A stretch of 54,620 nt of DNA from an uncultured bacterium (GTDB lineage: Bacteria > Patescibacteriota > Minisyncoccia > Phycocordibacterales > UBA9973): NCBI GenBank assembly GCA_903869825.1, contig CAIQAL010000031.1:1-54620 (forward strand), given 5' to 3'. Made by a program: the position numbers and the translations under genes. Positions 20,805 to 30,429 of the stretch are shown piece after piece. Each line of letters opens with the position of its first letter. Position 1 is the stretch's first letter. Below the pieces are notes generated by a model. It had not been told where the DNA came from, searched no databases, and saw nothing but the letters and a program-made list of their open reading frames with translations.

Positions 20805-21695
20805 ATGAAAAAAAAGGATCTAAAATTTGTATTTTGGGGCACGCCGGATGTTGCAAGCGAGACTTTGGAAATATTGAAAGAAAACAAATATCTTCCGTCG
20901 CTTATTGTCACTTCACCGGACAGACCTCAAGGACGCAAAATGCTTGTCACTCCCTCGCCTGTAAAAATTTGGGCGGAGAAAAATAAAATTCTATACATCC
21001 AACCAGAAATTTTAAATAAAGAGGTATGGGATGTTTTGAGAACCCTTGGTGGGAGTGGAGACAACGGAAAGAGAAAATCTAGAGCACTAGATTTTTGTGG
21101 TGAACAAAATATTCCAGACCTATTTATTGTAGTTGCCTACGGGAAAATTTTGCCGGAAGAAATTCTAAATTTCCCCAAACTTGGTTCCGTTAATCTCCAC
21201 TATTCACTTCTTCCAAAATATCGTGGCGCTTCCCCAGTAGAATCGGCTATTTTGCACGGTGATGAAGAAACAGGTATAACTATTCAAAAAATGGAATTTA
21301 AAATGGATTCCGGTCCGATTATTGCCCAAGAAAAAGTAAAAATATTACCCAACGAAAAAGCTTCCGAATTACGAGCTCGTCTGATAAAAATTGGTGGAGA
21401 TTTGTTGGTAAAAGTTTTACCGGAATATATTGAAAAAAAAATTACTCCTATTGAACAGAATGAAACTTTTGCCACTCATTGCAAAAAAATAAAAAAAGAA
21501 GATGGGCTCCTTGATTTAAACGCTGATGGGATTATCAATTACAACAAATTCCGTGCATATTCCACATGGCCACGCACTTTTTTCTTCAAAGAAGGGAAAA
21601 GAATCATTATCACTGACGCAAAACTTGAAAATGGAGAATTTAAAATCCTTAAAATCATCCCCGAAGGAGGAAAAGATATTGATTACAAAGTCTAA
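20805..21695 (+). CDS. fmt: Methionyl-tRNA formyltransferase with a ~30-aa insertion
   Basis: FWGTP, PDRPQGR, HYSLLPKYRGASP, MDSG; start at ATG 20805. Confidence 0.93.
   Translation: MKKKDLKFVFWGTPDVASETLEILKENKYLPSLIVTSPDRPQGRKMLVTPSPVKIWAEKNKILYIQPEILNKEVWDVLRTLGGSGDNGKRKSRALDFCGEQNIPDLFIVVAYGKILPEEILNFPKLGSVNLHYSLLPKYRGASPVESAILHGDEETGITIQKMEFKMDSGPIIAQEKVKILPNEKASELRARLIKIGGDLLVKVLPEYIEKKITPIEQNETFATHCKKIKKEDGLLDLNADGIINYNKFRAYSTWPRTFFFKEGKRIIITDAKLENGEFKILKIIPEGGKDIDYKV
21022..21121. repeat. Palindromic in-frame insertion in fmt
   Basis: Imperfect terminal inverted repeats aggtatgggatgttttg / caaaatattccagacct; internal hairpin aaaatctag-agca-ctagatttt. Confidence 0.6.
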
Positions 21696-22090
21696 TACTT
21701 CGAAGTAAAAGGATTCCTGTCGGTAAGCCCTTTCATCATTTTTTTTACACTCAAGGCACCCCGTTTGAATAGAGTTTGTCTGCGATCCTTGTTCTTATCA
21801 ATCTCTCTATAAATATTCTCTTTTACATCATCAATCGCTTCATATAAATCTTCTTTATCAACGCTTGAATAAAACTTCTTTCCTTTAATATTTACCGAGC
21901 AATCGGCCCTAAAAACTTCCCCCGCCTTATGGTGATTAGTTGTTTTCGCAATATTAAAGAGTACTTGTGCTTCTTCTCCACTCTCTTCTATTTGAAATAA
22001 TATTTTCCCTAAATTTGTAACCCTTTTTTCTATATATTCTTCTATCGCTCCTGTAATTTCTATATTCTTCGCTTGGATATTTATTTTCAT
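21692..22090 (-). CDS. raiA: Ribosome hibernation promoting factor (HPF/RaiA)
   Basis: MKINIQAKNIEITGAIEEYIEKR, DLYEAID. Confidence 0.9.
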   Translation of the reverse strand: MKINIQAKNIEITGAIEEYIEKRVTNLGKILFQIEESGEEAQVLFNIAKTTNHHKAGEVFRADCSVNIKGKKFYSSVDKEDLYEAIDDVKENIYREIDKNKDRRQTLFKRGALSVKKMMKGLTDRNPFTSKY

Positions 22091-22117
22091 AACAAATATT
22101 GATACAACTAATTATTA

Positions 22118-24052
22118 TTAATATTTCATACCATGAACCAAAGCTTTTAAAATTATATCGAGCTCCATCGTAGCCACCCCGATCACGGTATCTGCTCCAC
22201 CATAATAAATATACAAAAGTTTGTCTTTTACAATCATACCGCATGGAAAGACCACGTTTTTCACAATTCCTTTTTTTTCATAATCATCACGTGGCTCAAA
22301 AATTGCATCAGTCGAGCGCGCAAGTACTATCGCTGGATCTTTCAAGTCCAAAAGTAACGCTCCTACTCGATAAGACGAATGACTGAGTGACACCCCGTGA
22401 TACAAAAGAAGCCACCCATATTTCGTTTTGATAGGCGGGGCGGTTATCCCCACTTTCGAGCTATCCCAAGAATTTGCCCGAGGTCCGATAATTCGAATAC
22501 ATTTTTTTACCGACTCGTTTTTAAAATTAAGAGTCTTAAAATAATCTCCGCAGATTTCATTTCCGACTCGATGCAAAATGAAATATCCATCTTTCAACTT
22601 CTCTGGGAAAAGACACGTGTCTTTGTCGTCAAACCCAGCCGGAGTAATCAAAAACGGTTTTTCCCAATTAAACTTATGAGCCAAAAAATCTTTTTCTCTG
22701 ATTGAAGAAATAGCAACCCGAGGTGGTCCAATACCGTCAAAAGCCGTATAACATACATAAATATTTTTTCCGATTTTTGTCAGTCTCGGGTCTTCGCACC
22801 CAGAATTTGCATTATCTATTTTTTTCTTTTCAAACTCTTCCCTCGGATTATACACTTGATCAGCCAAACGCTCTAAAATATCAGTCCCGTTTTTTGTCAT
22901 TGCATACCCAAAAGAAGAAGTATTATGTTCCGATAGAGCTCGATACAAAATGTGGATTTTCCCATTCAGAGAAATAGCTGCTGGATTAAAAACAGCTTTA
23001 GACTCCCAATTATGTTCCGGATTTGGAAGAAGAATCGGATTTTTGGAATTTCTTTTAAAAGACCATTTTTCTTTTAGACCGGGGTAAATAGTAGAAATCA
23101 GGTCCGTTAAATTAATGAAGGCTAAGCAAACAGTAGTGTCGGCTGCTCCGTAATATATTATCAGTCGGTCTTTTTCTAAAATTGCCCCACTTGGGAAGAC
23201 AACATTTGAAACATGCCCGGAAAGTTCATATGGTTCTTCGGGGGCAATAAGAGGGCCTTCCGTTCGGCCAATTATTTTTCTAGGATCATTTAGATCAAGT
23301 AATAATGCTTCAATCCCAAAAACTTTTTCTTCGTTATTGCCATTGGAAAAATAATTTTGAATATGGGAATAAATCAAGAGCCAACCATATTTTGTTTTGA
23401 TAGGATTAGCTCCGATTTCAATATGATCAAACTCGGAACGCCTTGGATCATCGATGATATGATCATCAATATTTTTACTCCACTTTTCCCAAAATGTTGG
23501 ACTCCACAATTCCTCAATTTTATCCACTTGCGCAATAACGGTTTTTGCCGGTGGTGAATCAGTGTGAGCCGAAAAAATAACAGTGATTTTACCATTTATT
23601 CGTTCCGGAAATAATGTCATTGCCTTTGCGTTAAAAGGAGTAATCAGGTGTTTTTCCTCAACTTTTTCCAAATTTTTTGAAAGAGCCACCGCAACTTTAA
23701 TTCCACCAGAACCGATTGGATTAGTTGAAATACCGGTATAAAAGATATAAAAAGTCCCTTCAAAAAAAGTAGCTCGAGGATCTTCACAGCCAAATTTGTC
23801 CCATTCAACACTAGGTACAATAAATTGAGCTCTACTTTTAAAATTCATTCCGTCAGTACTTTTTCCTATCCCGATAATAGAAATCTGATGAGGATCACGC
23901 AATGCGTCGTGTGCAGAAATCGCACGATATAAACCGTAAATTATTTTTCCTTTTCTTATTGGGCACAAATTAAAAGTTGCAAATTCTTCCCAATAATGAT
24001 CTCTGTTTGGAATTAAAAATGGATTATGTTCTGATCTTTTTACTACGTACAT
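22118..24052 (-). CDS. Tandem two-domain GH130-like glycoside hydrolase/phosphorylase
   Basis: Two beta-propeller units, each with GCEDPR, PIKTKYGW, NVVFP, YYG.AD. Confidence 0.88.
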   Translation of the reverse strand: MYVVKRSEHNPFLIPNRDHYWEEFATFNLCPIRKGKIIYGLYRAISAHDALRDPHQISIIGIGKSTDGMNFKSRAQFIVPSVEWDKFGCEDPRATFFEGTFYIFYTGISTNPIGSGGIKVAVALSKNLEKVEEKHLITPFNAKAMTLFPERINGKITVIFSAHTDSPPAKTVIAQVDKIEELWSPTFWEKWSKNIDDHIIDDPRRSEFDHIEIGANPIKTKYGWLLIYSHIQNYFSNGNNEEKVFGIEALLLDLNDPRKIIGRTEGPLIAPEEPYELSGHVSNVVFPSGAILEKDRLIIYYGAADTTVCLAFINLTDLISTIYPGLKEKWSFKRNSKNPILLPNPEHNWESKAVFNPAAISLNGKIHILYRALSEHNTSSFGYAMTKNGTDILERLADQVYNPREEFEKKKIDNANSGCEDPRLTKIGKNIYVCYTAFDGIGPPRVAISSIREKDFLAHKFNWEKPFLITPAGFDDKDTCLFPEKLKDGYFILHRVGNEICGDYFKTLNFKNESVKKCIRIIGPRANSWDSSKVGITAPPIKTKYGWLLLYHGVSLSHSSYRVGALLLDLKDPAIVLARSTDAIFEPRDDYEKKGIVKNVVFPCGMIVKDKLLYIYYGGADTVIGVATMELDIILKALVHGMKY

Positions 24053-24053
24053 A

Positions 24054-25229
24054 TTAATTTTTCTTTGTTCTTTTCTTTAACTTGGTAATACCACTCGACA
24101 TAAGTTCTTTTAGAAATAATTTTAAGTTTGCAGTAGCAACACAAGAAACCATGTCCGCTCCACCATAATAAATAAACAAATCTTCTCCTTTTACCACGGC
24201 TCCACAAGAATATACTATCCCAGATTTTAACCCTTCATTTTCATAAAATACCTCCGGTTCTAAAATTGGTTTTTTTGAACGATATAAAACCTTGGTAGGA
24301 TTTTTTAAATCAAGAATCATCGCCCAAAGTTTATAACGATACATCTCGTGTGGTTCCATGGCGTGATAAAACAGAAGCCAACCATATTTTGTTTTTATTG
24401 GAGCTCCCCCTACTCCCCGCATTCCTTTTTCGCGAACTTGCCACAAAGGATGATTTTGATGAATACTTTGTATGAATCTTGTTCCATCGAAATAATTCAT
24501 ATCGCTCACGTATTCAATCATTATTTCCGGAGAAAGATTATGCAAGATAGCATATTTACCATTAATTTTTTCAGGAAAGATTACCCAGTTTTTATGAACT
24601 TCTCCGGGTGGAGAAATCAATACCGGTTTCTTCCAATTCCACTTTTTATCAATAAAATCTTTTAAACTTATAGAAGTAAGTCCAATTCTCACTGAACCCC
24701 AGCCATCAAAAGCTGTATAGGTAACATAAAGCATATCATCAATCTTTGTTACTCGTGGATCTTCCGCTCCGCCATTCCCTCCTCCCCCCGAATTATAAAA
24801 AATTGGTTCAGTTCCTTTTGTGGGATAATTCTTGTGAATAAAAACAGGTTGAAAGGTTCGTCCGGAAATATTATAGCCATCCTTACTTCCACCATAACAT
24901 AAGGTAGACAAGTCGCTTGCGCTCACTGCCCGGTAAATTACGTGCACTTTTCCATTATGCTCAAAAGCGGTAGGATTAAAAGTTGCTTTTGCTTCCCAGT
25001 ATTTTCCACTTGCCGGATGAATAATTGGATTGCCGACAAAGCGTTTCAAAACTTTAATAGATTTTTTTGTAACTATCTTTCTTTTTTTTCTTGAAATAAT
25101 TTTCTTTTTGGAAAAAATCTTTTTTACTTTGGAAACTTTTTTAGAAATTACTTTGGTTTTTTTTACTGGTACTTTTTTGACCTTCACAACTTTCTTTTTT
25201 ATTTTTTTTGTTTTTTTAGACCCGGCCAT
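24054..25229 (-). CDS. GH130-like glycosidase with a Lys-rich N-terminal tail
   Basis: FNP, GAEDPR, KNW, YYGGAD; start at MAGSKK. Confidence 0.85.
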   Translation of the reverse strand: MAGSKKTKKIKKKVVKVKKVPVKKTKVISKKVSKVKKIFSKKKIISRKKRKIVTKKSIKVLKRFVGNPIIHPASGKYWEAKATFNPTAFEHNGKVHVIYRAVSASDLSTLCYGGSKDGYNISGRTFQPVFIHKNYPTKGTEPIFYNSGGGGNGGAEDPRVTKIDDMLYVTYTAFDGWGSVRIGLTSISLKDFIDKKWNWKKPVLISPPGEVHKNWVIFPEKINGKYAILHNLSPEIMIEYVSDMNYFDGTRFIQSIHQNHPLWQVREKGMRGVGGAPIKTKYGWLLFYHAMEPHEMYRYKLWAMILDLKNPTKVLYRSKKPILEPEVFYENEGLKSGIVYSCGAVVKGEDLFIYYGGADMVSCVATANLKLFLKELMSSGITKLKKRTKKN

Positions 25230-25566
25230 ATTTATCTTCGTAGTGAATAATATCCTCTTCGTCAAAATCTCCAGTAGCAATCTCCAAAACTTGAATTCCG
25301 TCGGGTCCTGCTTTTAAACGATGTTTTTCTTCCACTGCTATCTCGTGCTCATCTCCTACTACTGTTTCTTTTTTTATGTCTCCAATTTCTACCATCCCAC
25401 TTCCAGAGATAACATGCCAAAACTCGGAACGGTGATCATGGCTTTGTAAGCTAAGAATCTCGTTCGGTTTTACGGTAATAATCTTAATAGTAGAAGATTC
25501 ATTTAAAGTAAACTGCCTGAAATTTCCCCAAGGACGCTCTATTTGAAAGACTTTAGATTTAAGCAT
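25216..25566 (-). CDS. Type II phosphomannose isomerase C-terminal cupin
   Basis: ERPWG, LSLQSHDHRSEFW, EDKYGR. Confidence 0.9.
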   Translation of the reverse strand: MLKSKVFQIERPWGNFRQFTLNESSTIKIITVKPNEILSLQSHDHRSEFWHVISGSGMVEIGDIKKETVVGDEHEIAVEEKHRLKAGPDGIQVLEIATGDFDEEDIIHYEDKYGRV

Positions 25567-25608
25567 ATACTAAAATAATTATACCTTAAAAAGGAGCACA
25601 CAACTAAT

Positions 25609-26118
25609 CTACTTTTTGTTTTTTTGGGCCTGTTTTACAAGCTCGGAAGAACTTCTGATTTTTCCACCTCGACCAACATTGAAAACTACTTCAATGCCGA
25701 GGCTCCTACACAATTCCTGTTCAGGATTCAAAGAAGAGGCTATTTTATTGGCATCTTTCTGATCACGATCTCCTCCTTTGGCAAAAATATCTGGTTTGAT
25801 TCTTTTTATTTCTTTTACGACACTCATCGCTTTAGGACCCTTCATATTTTTTTTATGCCCTGAAATTATAACCTCATCTACGCACCCAAGTGCTTCTATA
25901 ATCTCCTTACGTTCTTCTTCAGGCATAAAAAAATATCCTTTCTTTGAATATAGCCAATTATCATTATTTATTACCACTACCAACTTGCTCCCTAATTTCT
26001 TTGCTTCTTGCATATAGCGAATATGTCCGATATGAATAGGGTCAAATCCCCCGCTTATCATAACAATTTTTTCTTTTGTTTTCTTTTTTGTCTTTAGTGC
26101 CTGGTTGTTTTTTGGCAT
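25609..26118 (-). CDS. Cytidylyltransferase-family protein (RfaE/TagD-like)
   Basis: SGGFDPIHIGH, KPDIFAKGGDR, SSS. Confidence 0.9.
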   Translation of the reverse strand: MPKNNQALKTKKKTKEKIVMISGGFDPIHIGHIRYMQEAKKLGSKLVVVINNDNWLYSKKGYFFMPEEERKEIIEALGCVDEVIISGHKKNMKGPKAMSVVKEIKRIKPDIFAKGGDRDQKDANKIASSLNPEQELCRSLGIEVVFNVGRGGKIRSSSELVKQAQKNKK

Positions 26119-26144
26119 ATATTGATATAATATCAACTATAATA

Positions 26145-27518
26145 ATGCAAAGCAATAATAAAAAAATAAAAGTGGCACAAAACTCTGTATTTTGGAGTTT
26201 GTTTTTGACTCTAATGAAAGGGGTGGTCGGAATAATAACAGGCAGCTTGGGGATTTTATCCGAAGCTGTACACTCTGCTCTTGATTTAGGAGCCGCTCTT
26301 TTAACTTTTTTTTCAGTCCGAATCTCTGACAAACCTGCCGACAAAAAACATCCTTATGGACATTCAAAGATAGAAAGCATTTCAGCTTTAGTGGAAACTG
26401 CCCTACTTTTTGCTACTTCAGGGTGGATTATCTTTGAAGCCATCAAAAGACTCTTTTTTGAAAAAGTAATAATAGAAATTACTTGGTATTCATTTGCGAT
26501 AATCATTATTGCAATCTTGGTAGACATTTCCCGTTCCAGAGCTTTGATGAAGGTCGCCAAAGAAACAAATAGTCAAGCACTTGAAGCGGACGCTCTGCAT
26601 TTTAGTTCAGATATTTGGAGTTCCGGAGCAGTTTTAATTGGTCTTATTTGTGCTTATATAAAAATTCCATTTGCCGACACTGTTGCTGCACTAGTAGTTG
26701 CTACTATTGTGCTCCGGGCAGGATATAAATTAAGTAAAAGAACATTCGATGTTTTGATTGACGCCGCTCCAGAAGGTCTTACTGAGATTGCAACGGAAGA
26801 AGCCAAAAAAGTTCCCGGGGTGCTCGGAATTGAAAAAATCCGAGTCCGTCCAGGGGGGACCACTTCCTTTATTGAAATCAGCGTAGAAATCAGCAGATTG
26901 ATATCTCTCCAAAAAGCAAAAGAGATAGGAAAAAATGTTGAGAAACAAATAAAAACAAAAATAAATGGATCCGATGTCACTGTCCATGTAGTCCCAGTAG
27001 CGCTTGATAATGAAACAGTGATTGAGCACATTCAAAACCTTGCCCATACCTATGGTACTTCAGTCCATGACATAGAAGTTCATTTAGTCGAAAACAAAAA
27101 ATATATAAACTTTGATTTGGAAGTAAAAGCGGACTCAACAATGACAGAGGCTCACGAAATTACGACCAATTTAGAAGAATTGATCAAAAGAGAATTTGGT
27201 AGTGAAATTGAAATAAATACTCATATTGAACCGCTAAGATCCGATGTTTTAAAAGGAGAAAAGGTAGACAAGAAAGAAGAGGAGAAAACAATTAGTGAGA
27301 TCATTGATATTTCCAGCAATTTTAAAAATATTTCTAACCCACACAATATTGAGATAAGGAAAGTGAAGGAAAAAATATTTATATCCCTCCACTCATATAT
27401 CGACGAAAATATGTTACTAGAGAGTGCACACGAAGAGGCCAGCGATTTGGAATATAAAATCAAGGAAAAAATCGCCAATGTGGCAAGAGTTGTTGTCCAT
27501 CTTGAGCCACGTGAATAA
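26145..27518 (+). CDS. Cation diffusion facilitator with three C-terminal dimerisation domains
   Basis: SEAVHSALD, HPYGHSK, ALHFSSD; repeated VH.EP/VHVVP motifs; start at MQSN. Confidence 0.92.
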   Translation: MQSNNKKIKVAQNSVFWSLFLTLMKGVVGIITGSLGILSEAVHSALDLGAALLTFFSVRISDKPADKKHPYGHSKIESISALVETALLFATSGWIIFEAIKRLFFEKVIIEITWYSFAIIIIAILVDISRSRALMKVAKETNSQALEADALHFSSDIWSSGAVLIGLICAYIKIPFADTVAALVVATIVLRAGYKLSKRTFDVLIDAAPEGLTEIATEEAKKVPGVLGIEKIRVRPGGTTSFIEISVEISRLISLQKAKEIGKNVEKQIKTKINGSDVTVHVVPVALDNETVIEHIQNLAHTYGTSVHDIEVHLVENKKYINFDLEVKADSTMTEAHEITTNLEELIKREFGSEIEINTHIEPLRSDVLKGEKVDKKEEEKTISEIIDISSNFKNISNPHNIEIRKVKEKIFISLHSYIDENMLLESAHEEASDLEYKIKEKIANVARVVVHLEPRE

Positions 27519-27520
27519 AA

Positions 27521-27550
27521 TAAAAACCCGCAAGTTATTGCGGGTTTTTA
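27521..27550. terminator. Bidirectional terminator
   Basis: taaaaacccgcaa-gtta-ttgcgggttttta between convergent genes. Confidence 0.85.
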
Positions 27551-27567
27551 TTTTTAATTTTAAATTT

Positions 27568-30267
27568 TTAAACCACCCGTCTTTCGTAGTATCTTCTAGA
27601 GAGTAAAATTATCAAGAGAATGATAATTATTAACATCATCCAACCAAGAATCCCAAGATTGAAAAACCAACCCAAGAAAGCCAAGCCTGCCAAATTGTTA
27701 TTGTTCTGATAAAAAGGATTGTTTAATACATAAGCTATAGCATTTTCTTGAGCTCCTTTCGGATTGGTGTAAACCAAAAGTGCAGTTGTTACAACTTGGG
27801 CATTTCCAGGATCAAGCGAATCAACCCGACCGGTAACGAACAATTGTCCGCCATCTCCGGGATTCAAGTCCTGCAATGGCACAGAAACGGTATACGTGTC
27901 ACTGGAAAATGTCCCTTGACTTGAATTAACATAGGCTATTCCCTTTGGTAATATTACTTGAAGCAAGATATGACCTAATTTTTTATTGCCTATATTTTTA
28001 TAGGTCACAACATAATCAATTTCATCTCCCAACCGGATTGACTGGTAACGGTCTTCAATCGTAAGCATTATCGGAGATTCAGTTCCGACAACCGTCGTAC
28101 CTTGCCTGATGATGGTTCTGTAATTTACTTGATTACCAAGTGTCTGAAAAATATTAATTGACCCGTTGGAGATACCATTGCCACAATTTGAATCAAAGCG
28201 GAAATAATAAATAGTGCTTGGAGAAAGACCGGTTAAAGTATCACTGAAAATAGTACTGCCATTGCTTGATCTCGAAGAAGTCTGGGACCCAAGATAAACA
28301 CTTCTGCCGTATTCAAAATAACTGTTGGTATTTGAATAGAGATTTGTCCCGGAAATTATTCCATTAAGAGTAACACTATTTGAAGTGACATTTGTTGCAA
28401 CAGAAGTTACCGCGCAAGCATTGTTGACTGGAGTTGGTGTCGGAACATAATTGTTCACGTTCACTTGAACACTCTGGGTTACCGGGTAACCACCGCTTCC
28501 GTAAGCTGAAAGAGTGTATGTGGTAGTATTTACCGGATAGACCGACTGACTGCCATATGCATTTACTGTTCCGATGTTCGAGATACTTACTGAAGTACAA
28601 TTGTTCGTACTCCAATTCAAAATTGAAACACCACCATAGTTAATTGAAGTTGGACTTGCAGTGAAAGATGAAATAGTACAATTGTTGTATTGATTGTTGG
28701 TAACGTTTACATAGACACTTTGGGTTTGGTTTCCTGAACCGGAACCGTAAACAGTTAAAGTGTAAGTGCCTGAGTAATTTGGATATATAGTTTGACTACC
28801 ATTTAATCCACTACCGGTAAAATTTGGTCCGGTGATTGATACGGTACAGTTGCTGTTGTAATTATTCCCAGAAACTGACCAAGCAAGAGTCGCAAGGGCT
28901 CCAGATTGAATCGTAACGCTCTGTTGATTGTTAACTGTGAAATATGAGATGTAGCAATTACTGTATTGATTCCCTACGGTCACTGTTTGCTGTTGAGTGA
29001 CTTGCTGGCCCTGAGAACCGACAGCGGTCAAGACATAAGTAGTGGTGTAAGTTGGATAAACAACCTGGGAACCGGAAACCGAAACACTATAATTCAAGTT
29101 TGAAATTGTAGCGGAAGTACAGTTTGAAGTACCCCAGTTTAACATGGAAGATTGACCAGAGGTGATACTATTTGGACTTGCGGTAAAATTGTTGATAACA
29201 CAATTATTTACTTGCTGATTCACGGTCACTGTTTGCTGTTGAGTGACTTGCTGGCCCTGAGAACCGAGTGCCGTCAAAATATAAGTAGTGGTATAAGTTG
29301 GATAAACAATTTGAGAACCAGAAGTATTTACACTCCCTACAGTAGAAATATTGGCGGAGGTGCAGTTTGAAGTACTCCAGTTTAACGTGGAAGATTGACC
29401 GGAGGTGATACTATTAGGGCTTGCAGTAAAATTGTTGATGACACAATTATTAACTTGCTGATTCACTGTCACTGTTTGCTGTTGGGTTACTTGCTGACCT
29501 TGAGAACCATATGCGGTTAAAATGTAAGTAGTGGTATAGGTTGGGTAAACCATTTGAGAACCAGAAGTATTTACATTACCGAGAGTAGAAATACTTGCTG
29601 AAGTACAGTTGCTAGTGCTCCAATTTAAATTCGAAGATTGACCAGAGGTGATACTATTTGGACTTGCGGTAAAGCTGTTGATGATACAGTTTTGAGGTGG
29701 AGGAGGTGTAGTGCTACCCACTAAAAAACTTACTACAACAGAACCCTGAGAACCCCATCCTGGGGCTATGCTTCCTATACTAAGACCGCCATTTAAAATT
29801 TCAGGAGTATAACTTTTGATTGCAGTAGTAGTTTGATTTGGATACCAATAAGTAGAAGAAAAAGTTAAGGTCTGAGAACTTGGAAGATTAACGGTAACAC
29901 TTTGGGCCGAAGTACTTGCTTGGTCGGAAACAATTTGACCGGTAAAAGAGTGTGAAGTGGAAGATCCAGTAGGAGCAGTCATGACCAACTTAGTATTAGT
30001 AGCAGTAGTTGAACCAGAAGTGTTGTGATAATAAATTTGAACATTGATATAGTCTCCCGGACTTGCGTTCACGGAAGAAAGTGTCCAGCAACCTTGCTGT
30101 CCATTTTGAATTCCAGTGCCAGTTGTATAATTTCCGACCGCTACTGTTTGGCAATCAGTTGGGAATGGAAGTCCATTCCAAAAAGAAGTAGCCAAAGCAC
30201 CTTGTGCTCCAAAGAGCAAAACTAAACTAAAAAATGCTATTAATATTTTTTTCATTTTTTTTATCAT
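27568..30267 (-). CDS. Large membrane-anchored surface protein with Ig/PKD-like repeats and FN3-like and DUF11-like domains
   Basis: Signal peptide, ~81-aa repeats CxInxFTASP..LNW.T.NC..TTTY.LTA, S/T/N-rich, C-terminal TM with basic tail. Confidence 0.88.
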   Translation of the reverse strand: MIKKMKKILIAFFSLVLLFGAQGALATSFWNGLPFPTDCQTVAVGNYTTGTGIQNGQQGCWTLSSVNASPGDYINVQIYYHNTSGSTTATNTKLVMTAPTGSSTSHSFTGQIVSDQASTSAQSVTVNLPSSQTLTFSSTYWYPNQTTTAIKSYTPEILNGGLSIGSIAPGWGSQGSVVVSFLVGSTTPPPPQNCIINSFTASPNSITSGQSSNLNWSTSNCTSASISTLGNVNTSGSQMVYPTYTTTYILTAYGSQGQQVTQQQTVTVNQQVNNCVINNFTASPNSITSGQSSTLNWSTSNCTSANISTVGSVNTSGSQIVYPTYTTTYILTALGSQGQQVTQQQTVTVNQQVNNCVINNFTASPNSITSGQSSMLNWGTSNCTSATISNLNYSVSVSGSQVVYPTYTTTYVLTAVGSQGQQVTQQQTVTVGNQYSNCYISYFTVNNQQSVTIQSGALATLAWSVSGNNYNSNCTVSITGPNFTGSGLNGSQTIYPNYSGTYTLTVYGSGSGNQTQSVYVNVTNNQYNNCTISSFTASPTSINYGGVSILNWSTNNCTSVSISNIGTVNAYGSQSVYPVNTTTYTLSAYGSGGYPVTQSVQVNVNNYVPTPTPVNNACAVTSVATNVTSNSVTLNGIISGTNLYSNTNSYFEYGRSVYLGSQTSSRSSNGSTIFSDTLTGLSPSTIYYFRFDSNCGNGISNGSINIFQTLGNQVNYRTIIRQGTTVVGTESPIMLTIEDRYQSIRLGDEIDYVVTYKNIGNKKLGHILLQVILPKGIAYVNSSQGTFSSDTYTVSVPLQDLNPGDGGQLFVTGRVDSLDPGNAQVVTTALLVYTNPKGAQENAIAYVLNNPFYQNNNNLAGLAFLGWFFNLGILGWMMLIIIILLIILLSRRYYERRVV
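28975..29695 (-). repeat. Three near-identical 243-bp domain repeats (two more diverged copies follow)
   Basis: gaagattgacc.gaggtgatacta recurs at ~29147, ~29390 and ~29633. Confidence 0.85.
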
Positions 30268-30429
30268 ATTATTTAATAATGAATTTTTAATAAAACTTAC
30301 AATTTTAAACCTTTAACGCATTCATCTGTTCAAGGCTTAAAAAAGTATAGAAGTAATGTTATGAGGTTATCATTAACATTACTTCTATATAGAATTCCCC
30401 GAAGGGATAATAAGTTGATACGAAAAAAA

